This document shows positions 1 to 12,700 of a DNA stretch of 64,000 bases, one piece after another. Origin of the DNA: Schmidtea polychroa (lineage: Eukaryota). The notes beneath the pieces are model-generated. The model did no database searches. It saw only the letters and a list, made by a program, of their open reading frames with translations, and was not told the origin of the DNA. Numbering within the stretch: the stretch's first letter is position 1; every line of letters starts with the position of its first letter. The DNA lies in the NCBI GenBank assembly GCA_044892525.1, contig CM097887.1, forward strand, positions 10,230,001-10,294,000, given 5' to 3'. Made by a program: the position numbers and the translations under genes.

Positions 1-662
1 GTTCAGGCACTTTCAATTTTCGGTTTATGCAATCGCGGTAAGTTGGATTTTATTTTGGTAATTTTATATGAAATGTAAATTTTTTTTTGTATAATGTAAT
101 TTCATGATTTAATTAAATTTTAAATTGAATTTAGTTTTGGTTAATTTTGGTGTTTTGTTTATTTCGTTTTTAAAACTTTGAATAAATATTTATGGTTGAA
201 TTTGATTTTATGAATATTTTTATGATTTTTATCCTTTGATGCCCCAGATTTTGCGGAATGTTTGTGGGCTGATGGCACATGTGCTGTTAGCTAACAGATG
301 TTTCGCCAGTTTGGCACATCATGTTATAGGATATAGTTGGGAATAGGGTCGAGTGGAAATATAGAGGCATTTTTGACAATTTGGAGCCTTGTTAGAATAT
401 AGATAGCATAGGATGGGCCTGTTCGAAAGGTCTTACAGTGGGCTTTAAAATAAACCATCGCTCAATAAATTCAGTTGGTGGAACTCTGAAAATTTAAATT
501 TTAAAAATATGACCTTGAAAAATAATGATACGACCTTGAATAAAACTTTGACCTTGAAAAAAATAATATTTTGAAAAATAATAATAAAAAAGTATTATGA
601 CCTTGAAAAATGGTCTGAGGAAAATGTTAATATCTTTAAGAATAATAATGATGTATAATAAT

Positions 663-755
663 GTATCCTTTCCCGTTACTTGGTTTAATTTCCGATAATC
701 GATACAAAATCTTAAGTCACCGTTCTTCTTTTTTACAACTGCTGTAAGGGATAGG
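663..755 (-). pseudogene. Ty3/Gypsy reverse transcriptase fragment
   Basis: Translation LTAVVKKKNGDLRFCIDYRKLNQVTGKDT matches the Gypsy RT N-terminal motif. The rest of ORF 494..841 is AT-rich non-coding sequence. Confidence 0.75.
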
Positions 756-859
756 CCCATGGCCTTAATATAATTAATTACTAAAAATAGGTTCAGAATA
801 TTTAAAGGAATAAAACAATTACTTAAAATAGAAATATACATAATTAAAATACTATAAAT

Positions 860-3394
860 CAGGGGTTCTTAACCTTTTTTACATCATACCTCACCTAATA
901 TTTAATTTGATGTTCTCACCTCCAGCAGAATTATTTTTTTTAAGAAAAGATAAGAAACATAATTAGTGGTATACCAACATTACATATATTATTTTATTTT
1001 CACCATTTTAATATATTTATTAAAAAAAATTATATTTAATTCATACTGTGATATAAAAAATTATATTTTATATTTAATTCATATTGTCAAAATTTATTTA
1101 AAGTTTAAAGATAGAAAATATGTGAAAAATTTAAAGAATAATTCCCAAACTCAAAGAATATTTTTTATATAAATACTACAAAATAATAAGGCAGCATTAA
1201 TGAGATGATTGTTGCTGCTTGCCGTCAATAAGATGCGAAATTCGCGGAACAATCTTAGACAATGCTAAGCGCATGTCATGCCTGGCATCCAATCGATTTC
1301 TGGTTTTCGGCTTTACATTGACCAATGTTGAAAATGCAGATTCGCAGAGGTATGTTGTTGCAAATGGTATCAAAGCTGAAAGAGCTTTATTTGCCAAAAC
1401 CGGATAAGAATCTATTTGTGAGCACCAAAATTCATCAAGATTTAGGTTGATAAATTTTTGCCTGACCATAGCCTTGCTCTGTAAATCAATGAGGTCGTCT
1501 TTTTGCATGTCAGCATCATCCATGGAGTCTAAATTAAATATGAAGGGATTTCGAATCCACTGATCAATTTTCAAATTGTCTTCTACAAAGTAGTTATCAA
1601 AAGAATTCATGAGATTATCCAAATGTATTAAAATATCAGTTCGAATCCAATCTGGCACCGCTTTTAATAAATATTCAGCACAGAAAATTTTTTCTAGAGA
1701 TGGGAAATTTGCATAATTACCTTTTGATACGCGGTTCTTCCAAAGAGCTAGTTTTTGTTTGAAGGCTGTAATCTTCTCATTTGCATCTAAAATAGTAACT
1801 TCTGACCCTTGAAGGGAAATATTTAGATCATTAATGTGAAAATACATCTGCAAGATAGGCCAATGATGCAGTAAAATTGTGAGTTTCAAACTCTCCACAC
1901 AATTTATTTTCTTTCTCTCGAAGAAATGTTATTATCTCCATTTTGAGTTCCAGGACACGAGTGAAAACTCGTCCACGTGAAATCCAGCGTACATCAGTGT
2001 GATAAAGCAGCATTTCATGAAAAGCTCCAACTTCTTGGCATAATATTTTGAAGAGTCTGTGATTCAAAGCTCGAGATCGGATGAAATTTACAGCTTGGAC
2101 AGTGATATCCATGGCAGACTTGAGTCTTTGTGGAAGAGTTCGTGATGCCAATGCATGGCGATGTAAAAAACAATGCAGAACCATAACATTTGGAGCCATC
2201 GCTCGTACAAATGCTCCAAAACCAGAATTTTTCCATAGCATGGAAGGTGCACCATCAGTACATATGAATCCTAACTTTTCCTTCCAATCAAGATTATTTT
2301 CTGAAAAAAAATCATCAATTATCTGGTACACATCAGTCGCTTTTGTAGTAGCTAATATCGGATGGCAGAACAAAAACTCTTCTTTAATACCAGTTTCGGT
2401 GGTATATCTAACAAAGGTCAAAAGTTGACTGCACTGAGCTACATCAGTACTTTCATCCAGCTGCAGACCAAAAGGAAGAGTTGTTTTCTTCAGTTCTGAC
2501 ATAAGTTGATCCAAAATATCAGATGACATTTCCACAATTCGACTTCTTATCACGTCATTTGAAAGAGGTACTGCCGCGATCTGATTTCTCTGTGGCTTTC
2601 CGAGAACAGCTTCTACCATTTCAAGAGCACAAGGCTTGACCAACGTTTCACCGATGGTATGAGACTTTTTGTTCTTTGCGATAAGATATGATACTTTATA
2701 ACTAGCTGCAACAAGTGGCTTTTGATTAATTCCAAAACCTAACTTGGTTAAAGTTCCTGATGACAGAAATCGAGCATTTTTCTGCTTGAGAGATTCAAGT
2801 GAGTCTCCAGAATTATTTGAATGCATTTTTGTAAAATGTTCAAAGAGTTTAGAAGGCCTCATATTATCATTGCAGAGAATTTTTGAGCATATAGAAAGCA
2901 TTGGGGTTTTTCGATTTTATCACGAACACAGCATGTAAATCCAAATTTCACATAATCCTCACTATATTTCCTTTTTTTCGACATATTTCTTTTTTATTAT
3001 TAGCGGTAACGAAATAATTAAAACAAGTTAAAAGAAATGCAACTATCAGCAGCCAATATAAACTTTACTAAACTTGAATATAAAAATGTATATAATTTTG
3101 AATTTTTTCAAAGGCTATTTAATTTCAAAAGAAACATAATTAATTAGAAATAGTTATGTACAAAAATAGAGAAATGCTAACATATTTAGCAAAAAAGTAA
3201 TCGTTCAAATTTTATTTTGTATAATATAAATATGTACATAATAAATAAAACAAGTTTAAATTTTGAAGAATTTTTTAAAATTATTTGTTTTGTAAATAAT
3301 TTTAATTTTTAATTTAAAAAAAACATAACAAAAATAAACAAAATCTCATACCTCCGCTATCACATTAGTATACCTCACCGGTTAAGAAACCCTG
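860..3394 (-). mobile_element. Full-length Buster-type hAT DNA transposon
   Basis: TIRs CAGGGGTTCTTAACC (860-874) and GGTTAAGAAACCCTG (3380-3394). Perfect 8-bp TSD CTATAAAT (852-859 and 3395-3402) with central TA. Contains a transposase. Confidence 0.95.
1197..2984 (-). pseudogene. Buster/ZBED5-like hAT transposase with two frameshifts (near 2890 and 1835)
   Basis: MSKKRKYSEDYVKFGF..PQC BED finger start, QLDESTD, CTDGAP, HCFLHRHALA, HTDVRWISRG, PFATTYLCESAFS, ending QQSSH*. Covers ORFs 1831..2901 and 1197..1898 plus an upstream frame. Confidence 0.93.
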
Positions 3395-4149
3395 CTATAA
3401 ATAGTAGTTACTAAATTACTAATAATATATTAAATAAATATAATTTAATATAAATAGTGGTTCAAAATTAGAACCGAGGACACAAAAAAACTGAAAAGCA
3501 GCTGATTTTTTAATTAGTATTTGGAAAAGAAATCTGTTTAAAATAAACAGTTGATTGTTTTTGATTATAATCGGAATCACGTATGGATAATCTTTGGATC
3601 ATCTGAGGAGAAAAACAAAAATTACTATAAAAAGAGTGAACTGGAATTTATAACGACAGAAGAAATCTGAGAGCAAAACAATCTGAGAAAAATTATACTG
3701 TTATATAAAATTGGAATTCGAGAAACGTTTATATTTGTGGGAATGTAAAGTAGTTGTTTGTTTTAAAAGGGAAAATTATTATCCTTGTGTTGAATTTAAT
3801 TAGCGGATACAAAGTATTGTAAACTACTTTAGTGTGCCCTGGGTGCCTCAAAATCATCACTCTTACTTATCCAGCTCTTTTGTTAACTTTGCGATCGTTG
3901 TACTACACAGGAGCCAACGATTTCTTACAGGCTGCGACAAACAGCAAGGATTAATCAATCCGTTTCTTTTATTTATCTGTATCATAAGTGTAAATTTCAT
4001 TTTGTAAATTATAAATAAAACTCTTGATAAAGAGAAGGAAGTTTTATTTAATTCATAAAATACAGGCAACCACACGAGATATTATATATTTATATTCATT
4101 TTATTTATCTATTTATTTATTAATTGGAGTCTAGTCTTAAGATTAGTAA

Positions 4150-4380
4150 CCCCCATTTTTTTGATCTTAATACTACTATTGATGATGAGAATGGTGAGGA
4201 ACTATCTTTTATTATTTTGAATTCCTTCATTGCTTTGATTTGCCGATCACTTTCTTCCTAATGTATATATGAGATTCTATACGGTCGTAATTTTATTGGA
4301 GTTTCGTTGAGTACCGGTATTTCATGTTCAATCACCTGAGTGAGTAGTTCACTTAGACCTAAATTGAAGGGTTTAAACAT
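4150..4380 (-). pseudogene. Ty3/Gypsy pol fragment (protease-RT linker and RT start)
   Basis: LGLSELLTQVIEHEIPVLNETPIKLRPYRISYIH*EESDRQIKAMKEFKIIKDSSSPFSSSIVVLRSKNGG resembles the H-x-I...PI...PYR and SxSPxxSPxVxVxKK motifs. Confidence 0.7.
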
Positions 4381-5317
4381 GTTTTGAGTGTAACCAAGTA
4401 GACAGAATTTAATTTTCTTCAAAATAGCTGGATGTAAAATTAGAAATATTGCAAAGCTTATCATATACATGTATATGTAAAAATTATGAAGGCGTCTCGT
4501 AAAATTACTATTGAGTAATATTACTTTGTTATGGAATGTACAATATAGGTATAATAGTATTTGAATATATATGACCAATCATTTCAAAGCATATTTTAAT
4601 TGAATTTATATTTAGATATCTTGATTAAATAATATTTATTTTGAAAATCAATAAAACATTATTTAAGATAAATTAAAAAAAATTTCTAAATTGACTACAA
4701 ATATTTAATTTATATTTCTTCTATTTTATTGCCTTTTTAGTCTATCAATCAAAACTTTTTTTACTTTTAATTAATTTATATATTCTCTTTAAATTTCACT
4801 TAATTAAAAAAATATTCTAACCAAAATTTACAATTTTAAATAAATTTAATATATTTTAAAATTTATTTGAAATATAATTAGATAAATAAAGATTTTGAAA
4901 AAATTAAAAATTATAAAATCTAAATTTTAACTTGATTTATAGCATTATTAAAATGGTAACACGATAAATTAAGAAATTGTCACACTATTAATATTATGCC
5001 AAAGCAATATCGCAAGTGATTTCTTAAAACGGTTTATTTTCATTTCAGTTTTTTAACAATCGACTCAACAATTTTAATTACTAACATTAATTTTAATTAA
5101 TTAAATTAATAATAATAATTAAAAATTAAAATATAATTAAAAAATTATAAATTTCGAAAAAACATTTATTATAATAAAAAAATTTTTTTATTTTACAAAT
5201 ATTTAAAAAATAATATTTATATTTATATTTATTAATATATTTTTATATTTTTATAAATATTATATAATTCGTTTGAATAATATATTATTATTTATTATTA
5301 TATTATATCTTGTAAAA

Positions 5318-8300
5318 ATGAATTTGCTATTATCAATGTACAATAATAATTTGAATGAAATTCCAAGTTGTGTTCTAACAAATTTAATAGAAACCGTCTG
5401 TGAGTTCTGGCCTGAATTAACTGACGAAATCCCAAAATTGGAATCTTTAACAGAAAATGAAAACTTCCCACATCAAAAGCTAGCAGCTCTTTTAGTTTCA
5501 AAGATTTATTACCATCTTGGAGAGCTTCAAGAATCCTTAAATTATGCTCTTATTTCCGAAGAAGAATTTTATGCTGATTCAGAAATTGAATATATCAATA
5601 TAATTAATAAGGAAGCCATTCAGAAATATATTTTAATAAAGAAATCCGAGAGAGAAGAAATAACGACAGAATATTTTCATATGGGTAAACTTGAGAACTT
5701 TATCAATAAAATTTTTGAAAAAAGTTTCGAAAATGGGCACCATGTCAAAACAATAGGTATAGCATTGGAATGTTACAGATTAGATATTTTGGGTAAAGCC
5801 ATTGAGAACGCAAGCGGGGTAGAAGAAGCTTTCAAATACGCATTGGAAACCGCTTTGAGAACTGCCAAAGTAAAAAAATATAGAGAGGAAATATTAATAA
5901 AATTATTGGAAATAAGCACGAGAAAGCGAATGGTGGATTATAGAAACATTTATCGAATCTTGATTCTTTTGAATGATTTCAATCAAGTTGGAGAGACTTT
6001 AGAAAATATGATTTCAGGACCGAATGAAATGGCTCTTGTAGCATATCAATTGGCGTTCGATTTCACTGAAGATTCTAACCAAGAATTTCTGACTAACATT
6101 ATAACTTCATTAAATTATTTAACAAGACTCCGGGACTTTAAGTATTTCGACAAATTAAATGTTATTGATGATGATTATGATTATTCTGAAGTTCCTACTA
6201 AGAAGATTAAGTTAGAGAAAGAAATAATTAAAAATAATATTGATGGAAATGATGATTATTCGGAAGTTCCTACTAAGAAGATTAAGTTAGAGAAAAAAAT
6301 AATTGGAATTGATATTGATGATGATGATTATTCCGAAGTTCCTGCTAAGAAGATCAAGTTAGAGAAAGAAATAATTGGAATTGATATTGATGATGATGAT
6401 TATTCCGAAGTTCCTGCTAAAAAGATCAAGTTAGAGAAAAAAATAATTGGAATTGATATTGATGATGATGATTATTCCGAAGTTCCTGCTAAGAAGATCA
6501 AGTTAGAGAAAGAAATAATTGGAACTGATATTGATGGCGATGATTATTATGTTCTTGGTAAAAAAATAAAGTCAGAAATAGAAATAATTGAAGAAAATTT
6601 CAATATTGAAAGGAAACATAATAATTTGCTATCCATATTGTCCAGAACAAAAGTTGTTGAGTTACATTCAAATTTCCTGATTCGACAGGCGCATGTTGAC
6701 TCGAGCATCCTGAACAAGTTGAAAGATTGTTCAAAGAATTCAATCACTGACAACGCAGTTGCTTTAGCAAACGGATTCATGAATTACGGAACAACAGATA
6801 AAACATTCCTCTACAACAATAAAGAGTGGACCAATAAAGCTACTCATTGGGCTGAATTCATAGGAATTTCTTCATTAGGAGTAATCCATAAAGGTGATGA
6901 GATCAATGCAAGAAATGTTTTATCAAAATTTTTACCAAGAGAAAATGAAAACAGCATTGAAAAGAATATGTACAGTGAAGGAGGGGCACTCTATGCAATG
7001 GGATTAATTCATGCAAACCGTTGTAATGAGGAGGTGACAGATTATTTATTGACTAAATTAGCCGGGCCAAATTATGAAGCATTAATACATGGAGGCTGTT
7101 TAGGACTTGGTCTAGCTGCTATGGGAACAGGAAAAGAACATGTTTATGATCAACTAAAATCATCATTATTTGATGATAATGCGGTAACCGGTGAAGCAGC
7201 AGCAATCTCAATTGGTCTAGTGATGCTTGGAGGCGGTTCTTATGGGATTGCTGAGGAAATGATAAGTTATGCCAACGAAACCACCCACGAGAAAATATCC
7301 AGAGGAATAGCACTGGGAATTGCTTTATTAATGTATGGTAAAGAGGAGTATGCAGATGAAGTAATTGAAGAATTAATATATGAACAAAATCCTATTCTCA
7401 GATGGGCAGGAATGGCTACCATCGCCATGGCATATTGTGGAACAGGAAATATTAAGGCCATTAGAAAACTATTAAAAGCGACATCTTGTGATAAAAGTGA
7501 CGATGTCCGTCGATGGGCTGTGACAGCTATTGGATTTGTTCAATTCAGAAATCCCAAATATATTGTGTCAACATTGGCACTCTTGAGTGATTCACATAAT
7601 CCTCATATCAGATATGGCGTTGCAATGGCCATTGGTATCGGCTGTTCTGGATCACCATTGAAGGAAGCAATAGATATCATTGAGCCACTTTTAGATGATC
7701 CCGAAGCATTTGTGAAACAAGGAGCCTAAATTGCAATGTCAATGTTGATGATGCAACAAACAGAAAGTACCAATCCGAAATCAGTTGAATTCCGAAATAA
7801 AACGATGGCAACCATATCAAACAGTCGAGAAGAAACAATAACTAAATTCGGAGCAACAATTGCAATGGGAATCATGAATGCAGGGGGAAGAAATGTCAAA
7901 ATATCATTAGAAACCACAAGTGGCAATACAAATATGGCAGCTGTTGTCGGTCTACTCGTATTTCAGAGTTATTGGTTCTGGCATCCACTAGCTAATTTCA
8001 TCAGCCTGGCATTTACACCTACCTGTGTAATTGTTGTCAATGAAGATCTGAGAATGCTCAATGTTGAAATCAAATCCAATTTATCACCAGACAAATTCAA
8101 GCACTCTGATCCCCTGATTACGGAAGTAGAGACAGTAAACGTATTTAAATCAAAAGCTGTATTGAGTGTGTCAAGCAAAGTGAGAGGCAAGAGAAATGAG
8201 ATGGAAAATATTATTAAAGCCGAGTCAAAAGAAATACCAAAACCAAATATTTACAAAAAGGAAATATTGAACGTTGTACAATATTGCAGAATCCAGCAAG

Positions 8301-8469
8301 AATTGTGCCAGCCCTATTAAAGGAAATAGAATTAAATGAAATGGATTCGCAAAGATATTCCCTCATGAAGCGATTGGAAAGCGGAGGAATAATATTAGCA
8401 AAGGATACTCAACCAAGAAGTTCATCAGAAATCCTCGAAATCGAAATACCCGACTTTAAACATATGTGA
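5318..8469 (+). pseudogene. PSMD1: Intronless, divergent 26S proteasome regulatory subunit Rpn2/PSMD1 copy with one in-frame stop (7727-7729) and one frameshift (~8280)
   Basis: FWPELTDEIPKLE..LAALLVSKIYYHLG, YQLAFD, PC repeats (YSEGGALYAMGLIHAN, HGGCLGLGLAAMG, AMAYCGTGN, DDVRRWAV, NPHIRYGVAMAIG), FQSYWFWHPLANFISLAFTPT, and NPARIVP..GGII. ORFs 5273..7729, 7736..8320 (same frame) and 8284..8469 are collinear with no introns. Confidence 0.92.
6166..6570 (+). repeat. 72-bp coding tandem repeat (24 aa DDDDYSEVPAKKIKLEKEIIGIDI), about 5.5 copies
   Basis: aattggaattgatattg recurs at 6301, 6373 and 6445 (72-bp period), in frame within Rpn2. Confidence 0.95.
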
Positions 8470-9565
8470 ATTAAGGATGAATTAGAATTAAACAATCTCT
8501 ATTAACTGATTTGCAAAATGTATTTATACACTACTTATGTCTATTGAATGTATGACAGTCTTTTCATTTTTTAATATAATTTCTTTATAAATTTGTCTTA
8601 TGTTTTACATATTAATTACAAATAATCTTGTCATTTAAGCATTACTGGTAATTTGTGAAAAGTTATTAATGAATCTTACTGTTTTATGATAATCATGTTT
8701 TATTTAGTAATTCATTATCAAAAAGTGTATATAAGTCAATACTTATCTTTTCTTGATAAGAGAACAATTAAGTATTTCTATTTCATTATTTCAAATTAAT
8801 TTTTCAATTCTTGTTATTATCATTGTTGGTTTTCACTTTCTAAATCATCTTTTATAACTCTCTTTTTCAACTCTTTTTCATTCAATTCTTCTTGCGACTC
8901 ATACATCACGTGATTATCGTAGTTACTTAGTTAATTAAAACAAGAAAATCTAACTTTCAAGTAAATTAATTAAGTAAAATTTTAATAATCAAGCAAGAAA
9001 TTTAATTAAGGAAATTTTTGAATAATCAACTGTTGATAAGTGGGTAATGAGTTTCGAAGAACTTAAACATATTTAAAATAAGAATTAGGAGATAATAATA
9101 ATAATCAGCTGTAATAATAATAACTCTTAAATTTATAATAAGCATTAACTGATGAAATAATTAAATAAGCATAATTAAAATAAATATTCTTGGAATAAAT
9201 GAGATTCTTGATATAATATAACTTTTGAAATAATATAATTTTTTTCTTATAATAACAGCTGTACAAAAATTTTTATAAATGGCGACACAAGATCAGTATT
9301 ATTCGCCAAAAAATGATACCAAACAAGTCTTCTAAAGTTAATCTTGAGAATTTAAAACAAGGAAATGACAGAAACCTTCCACATATTTTATCTTGCAGCA
9401 ACAAATATATCATGCACATAATTCCCAGGAATTAAATTTGTTGAAATTTAGAAACTAGATAGCTGTGTAATCGGTAAATTTTTATTTAATAAGTTTGATA
9501 GACATGTTTTGTTTTTATCTTTTTATCTTTTTCAAGTAACATTGAGACCTCAACAATAACATTTA

Positions 9566-9771
9566 GGGTAAACTGAAGTATACCCCCCCCCCATATAGTC
9601 AGAGTTTATCCGACAAGTTATTCTGTCCACCTATGGGTACGGTTTACAAGGGTGATGGTCGCAAGGGTACTGCTCATATCTATTACCCTTGTGAGCCGTA
9701 CACATAGGGGGATAGAATATCTTGTCGGATAAACTCTGACTATATGGGGGGGGGTATACTTCAGTTTACCC
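9566..9771. mobile_element. Palindromic MITE, Merlin-like (GG termini, 8-bp TSD)
   Basis: Near-complete 206-bp foldback GGGTAAACTGAAGTATACCCC... / ...GGGGTATACTTCAGTTTACCC. TSD AACATTTA at 9558-9565 and 9772-9779. Superfamily is inferred from termini only. Confidence 0.85.
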
Positions 9772-12700
9772 AACATTTATACATAACATAAAAAACAATT
9801 TTACACAGCACGCATCTTTTCTGTAGAATTTTGAATTGAAATTGAATAGTATTTTGAATCTGTTAAATTCATATTTCTGGTCAATTTTGTTATTAAATAT
9901 ACATATAGTCACGACTTATTTCTTTTACATTATATAAGAACCAGTTAAGTTGAGAATCACAAATATCGAGACAACAGAAGGATTAACGCCGTTATTGCCC
10001 TACTCTACTCCAGCCTTCTGTTAGGATCGATTTAGTGGACTAAGATATTTGATTCTAACACAGAAAACTGTTATAGCTGACTCCAAAGATACACTTTCTG
10101 GCGTGTAGGTATTTCAAATATAAATAAAATATAAGAATTAATTGAATAACCAGGACTTGTCTATTGATAATAAAATATATTAGTCCCGATGCCATGAAGA
10201 AACAACTCCAACAAATCGAGTAGATATGGATTCAAGGAACATAGGACCAGCTGAAGATACAAGCCCTAAAGATTTAAATCAAACAACAAGGAGCTCGTGA
10301 CAATCGACCGGTACCTGAGAGAGTAGGTGCTTACCAATTCAACACCTCGGTAGCGGGGCACGGAACCTCAGTCTATTGCAATACCTCCAACTCTTACAAC
10401 AAGTCAAACCAAACGACATAAGAAACCGGGGAAGATCGAACACACCAGACAGTGAGCGCGCAAGAATACCCGATTTATGAGACACTTCAATTGTGTTTAA
10501 TTGACTCGAATTAAAAACGAATCAAGCAGAGGTCAACGAAACGATAGAAAAAAACTTGAGTGTAAAACTTAAATTATCTTAACGTAGCTGAAAAGGCAAT
10601 CGCCCATTGGGGAATCTGTGTTCACCTTAATTAAAAAAAATTGCAAAATAATGTGATGAATTGTAAATTGCATTGAGAATCAATAAATTTGTTTGTGTTG
10701 GGTCAAAGTTATTTTATTCATAAAAGGAACATGAGAAGTCAGAAATTAACCGACTTTATTGATTAATAATCAAGCAGTATATTACTCTAATCAATACCAT
10801 CTCAAATAAAAATTTTTAAAAATCAGTCAATCAATAGGCAAATATCCATAAACAAATAAAATTAATTCCAAAAATAAAACAAATTTCATAATTTGTTAAG
10901 ATAATTAAATTTATTGCATTTAACGATATTTATTTAATTTATTGTTTAATTAAACATTTTATTCGGGATGTGTTGTTTAGCTGTTTTAGGGTAACTGTTA
11001 AATTTGCTATCAACTCTTCCCTAGACACATCCATGATTATTTTACTTATTAAGATCCATGTACCGGTCGCGATAACCATATTGATAATGTATACAGTGGC
11101 TGAAAATCAATAAGAAGGTGAGCTACACTACCAGAACTACTCATTGAATTTTCATTTTCAGGATCATGAATGTCACTAAGTCTGACATCCCTGCATCATT
11201 ATTCATGAATTTCTTCGCTTATTGTTCCTTCTTGAGTATTAATTGTGGTCCTCATTATTTGATGTTACTTAACGTTACTTTCACAATTTGAGTAGGGATG
11301 TGACATTATTTCTCGCTTGAAACAATTTCCACTGCACACCAACCAATACAAAACAAGGGAAAGAAAATGTGCCAATCAGAATCATGCATCTGTTCTGCAA
11401 TCAACCGAGGGTTAATAAAAATCCTAGAACTCTTCATCTTCGATTAATGATTTGTTGTTAACAATGATTTGATTAACCAAATCTTGATAGTCTAATGATT
11501 TTATGCAAAGTATGATCACTTTACCACTTGCAAATATGTTGAAGCATAATAGATTGTACTTGACGTAGCTCAAAAGTAAGTTTTATATACACAAGTCATT
11601 TTTCTTAATAATTCATATAAATTAATTATAGTTCCAATATTTTCAGTTGTTGTAATGGATTGGATCGTGTATTATAAATCATCATCTTTTATTAGTTTCT
11701 TACATCCCATTATTCGACATTTAACTATTTTCAAAAAAATAATGGGCTATTTATCCCCTTTATATTCGATTGATTACGCAATATTTTCCTACTAATCGAA
11801 ATTAGTACATGGATAGGAAATATTGAGTGCTGAATCGTATATAAATGACGATTACAGTTCATTTCTTCCCTCTTTCAGTTTAACTTTTATAAATGAATAC
11901 TACTTATTTTATTGTTTGAATTCTCTAATTTTAAAATTTAGATGGTTAATTAAAAAATCGGAATAAATATAAAACAAGATGGATGAATAAATAAAAGTAA
12001 TTTGTTATATTTATTTAATTTTATTAATATTATAATTTTAGATACGAATATCATGTCTAACAATATAATGCCTTTAATGAACAATAATATGCCTGTCTTT
12101 AATAAAGAAATTCTTCTGGGTATTTGTGTTTTCTGCAAACAATGCTTTTTATGGAAATAATATAATTATATATAATTTAGTAAATAATATTGAAAAGAAC
12201 TTAATGATAATGTTAGGGACAGGTTCTTATTCTTAAAACATTTGATAAATATTAAAACAGTCATCATGACGTCACGAATAGTGGATGACGTATGGTGATG
12301 TAGAAGAAAATAAATTTGCGTCACTATATATTGATGACGTGCAAGAATAGTTCTAAAAAATATTTTTTTTATGACAAATCAATATTTCCGATGATTCTAA
12401 ATGGCAATTTATTCATCAATTTAGTAATTTTAATATGAAACGACGATAATTCAACCAGGTCGAGAAAAATAAAGAGCTTTAACTTCACCTGTTATGTAAT
12501 AAAAATAGGCAAGGTAATCGGCATCTAATGGTATATAGGGCCAATTATCATTAGATTATATACATATATATTTAGAATTTTAAAAGTTCCTCTTTCTCAG
12601 ATCAATCGTGTTATAGCTAACAGACAAGCTATGCACTTTGCAAGAATTTATTTTAGATTCGGCAAATTGATTATTTTTGATAGAATGATGATACTGATGA

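Noticed and set aside
10019-10584. Possible solo LTR (TGTTAGGAT...ATCTTAACG)
   Set aside because: The end is CG rather than CA, there is no TSD, and no second copy lies in the window.
12260-12345. Cluster of CRE-like TGACG motifs
   Set aside because: No adjacent gene or TSS evidence, and short motifs arise by chance.
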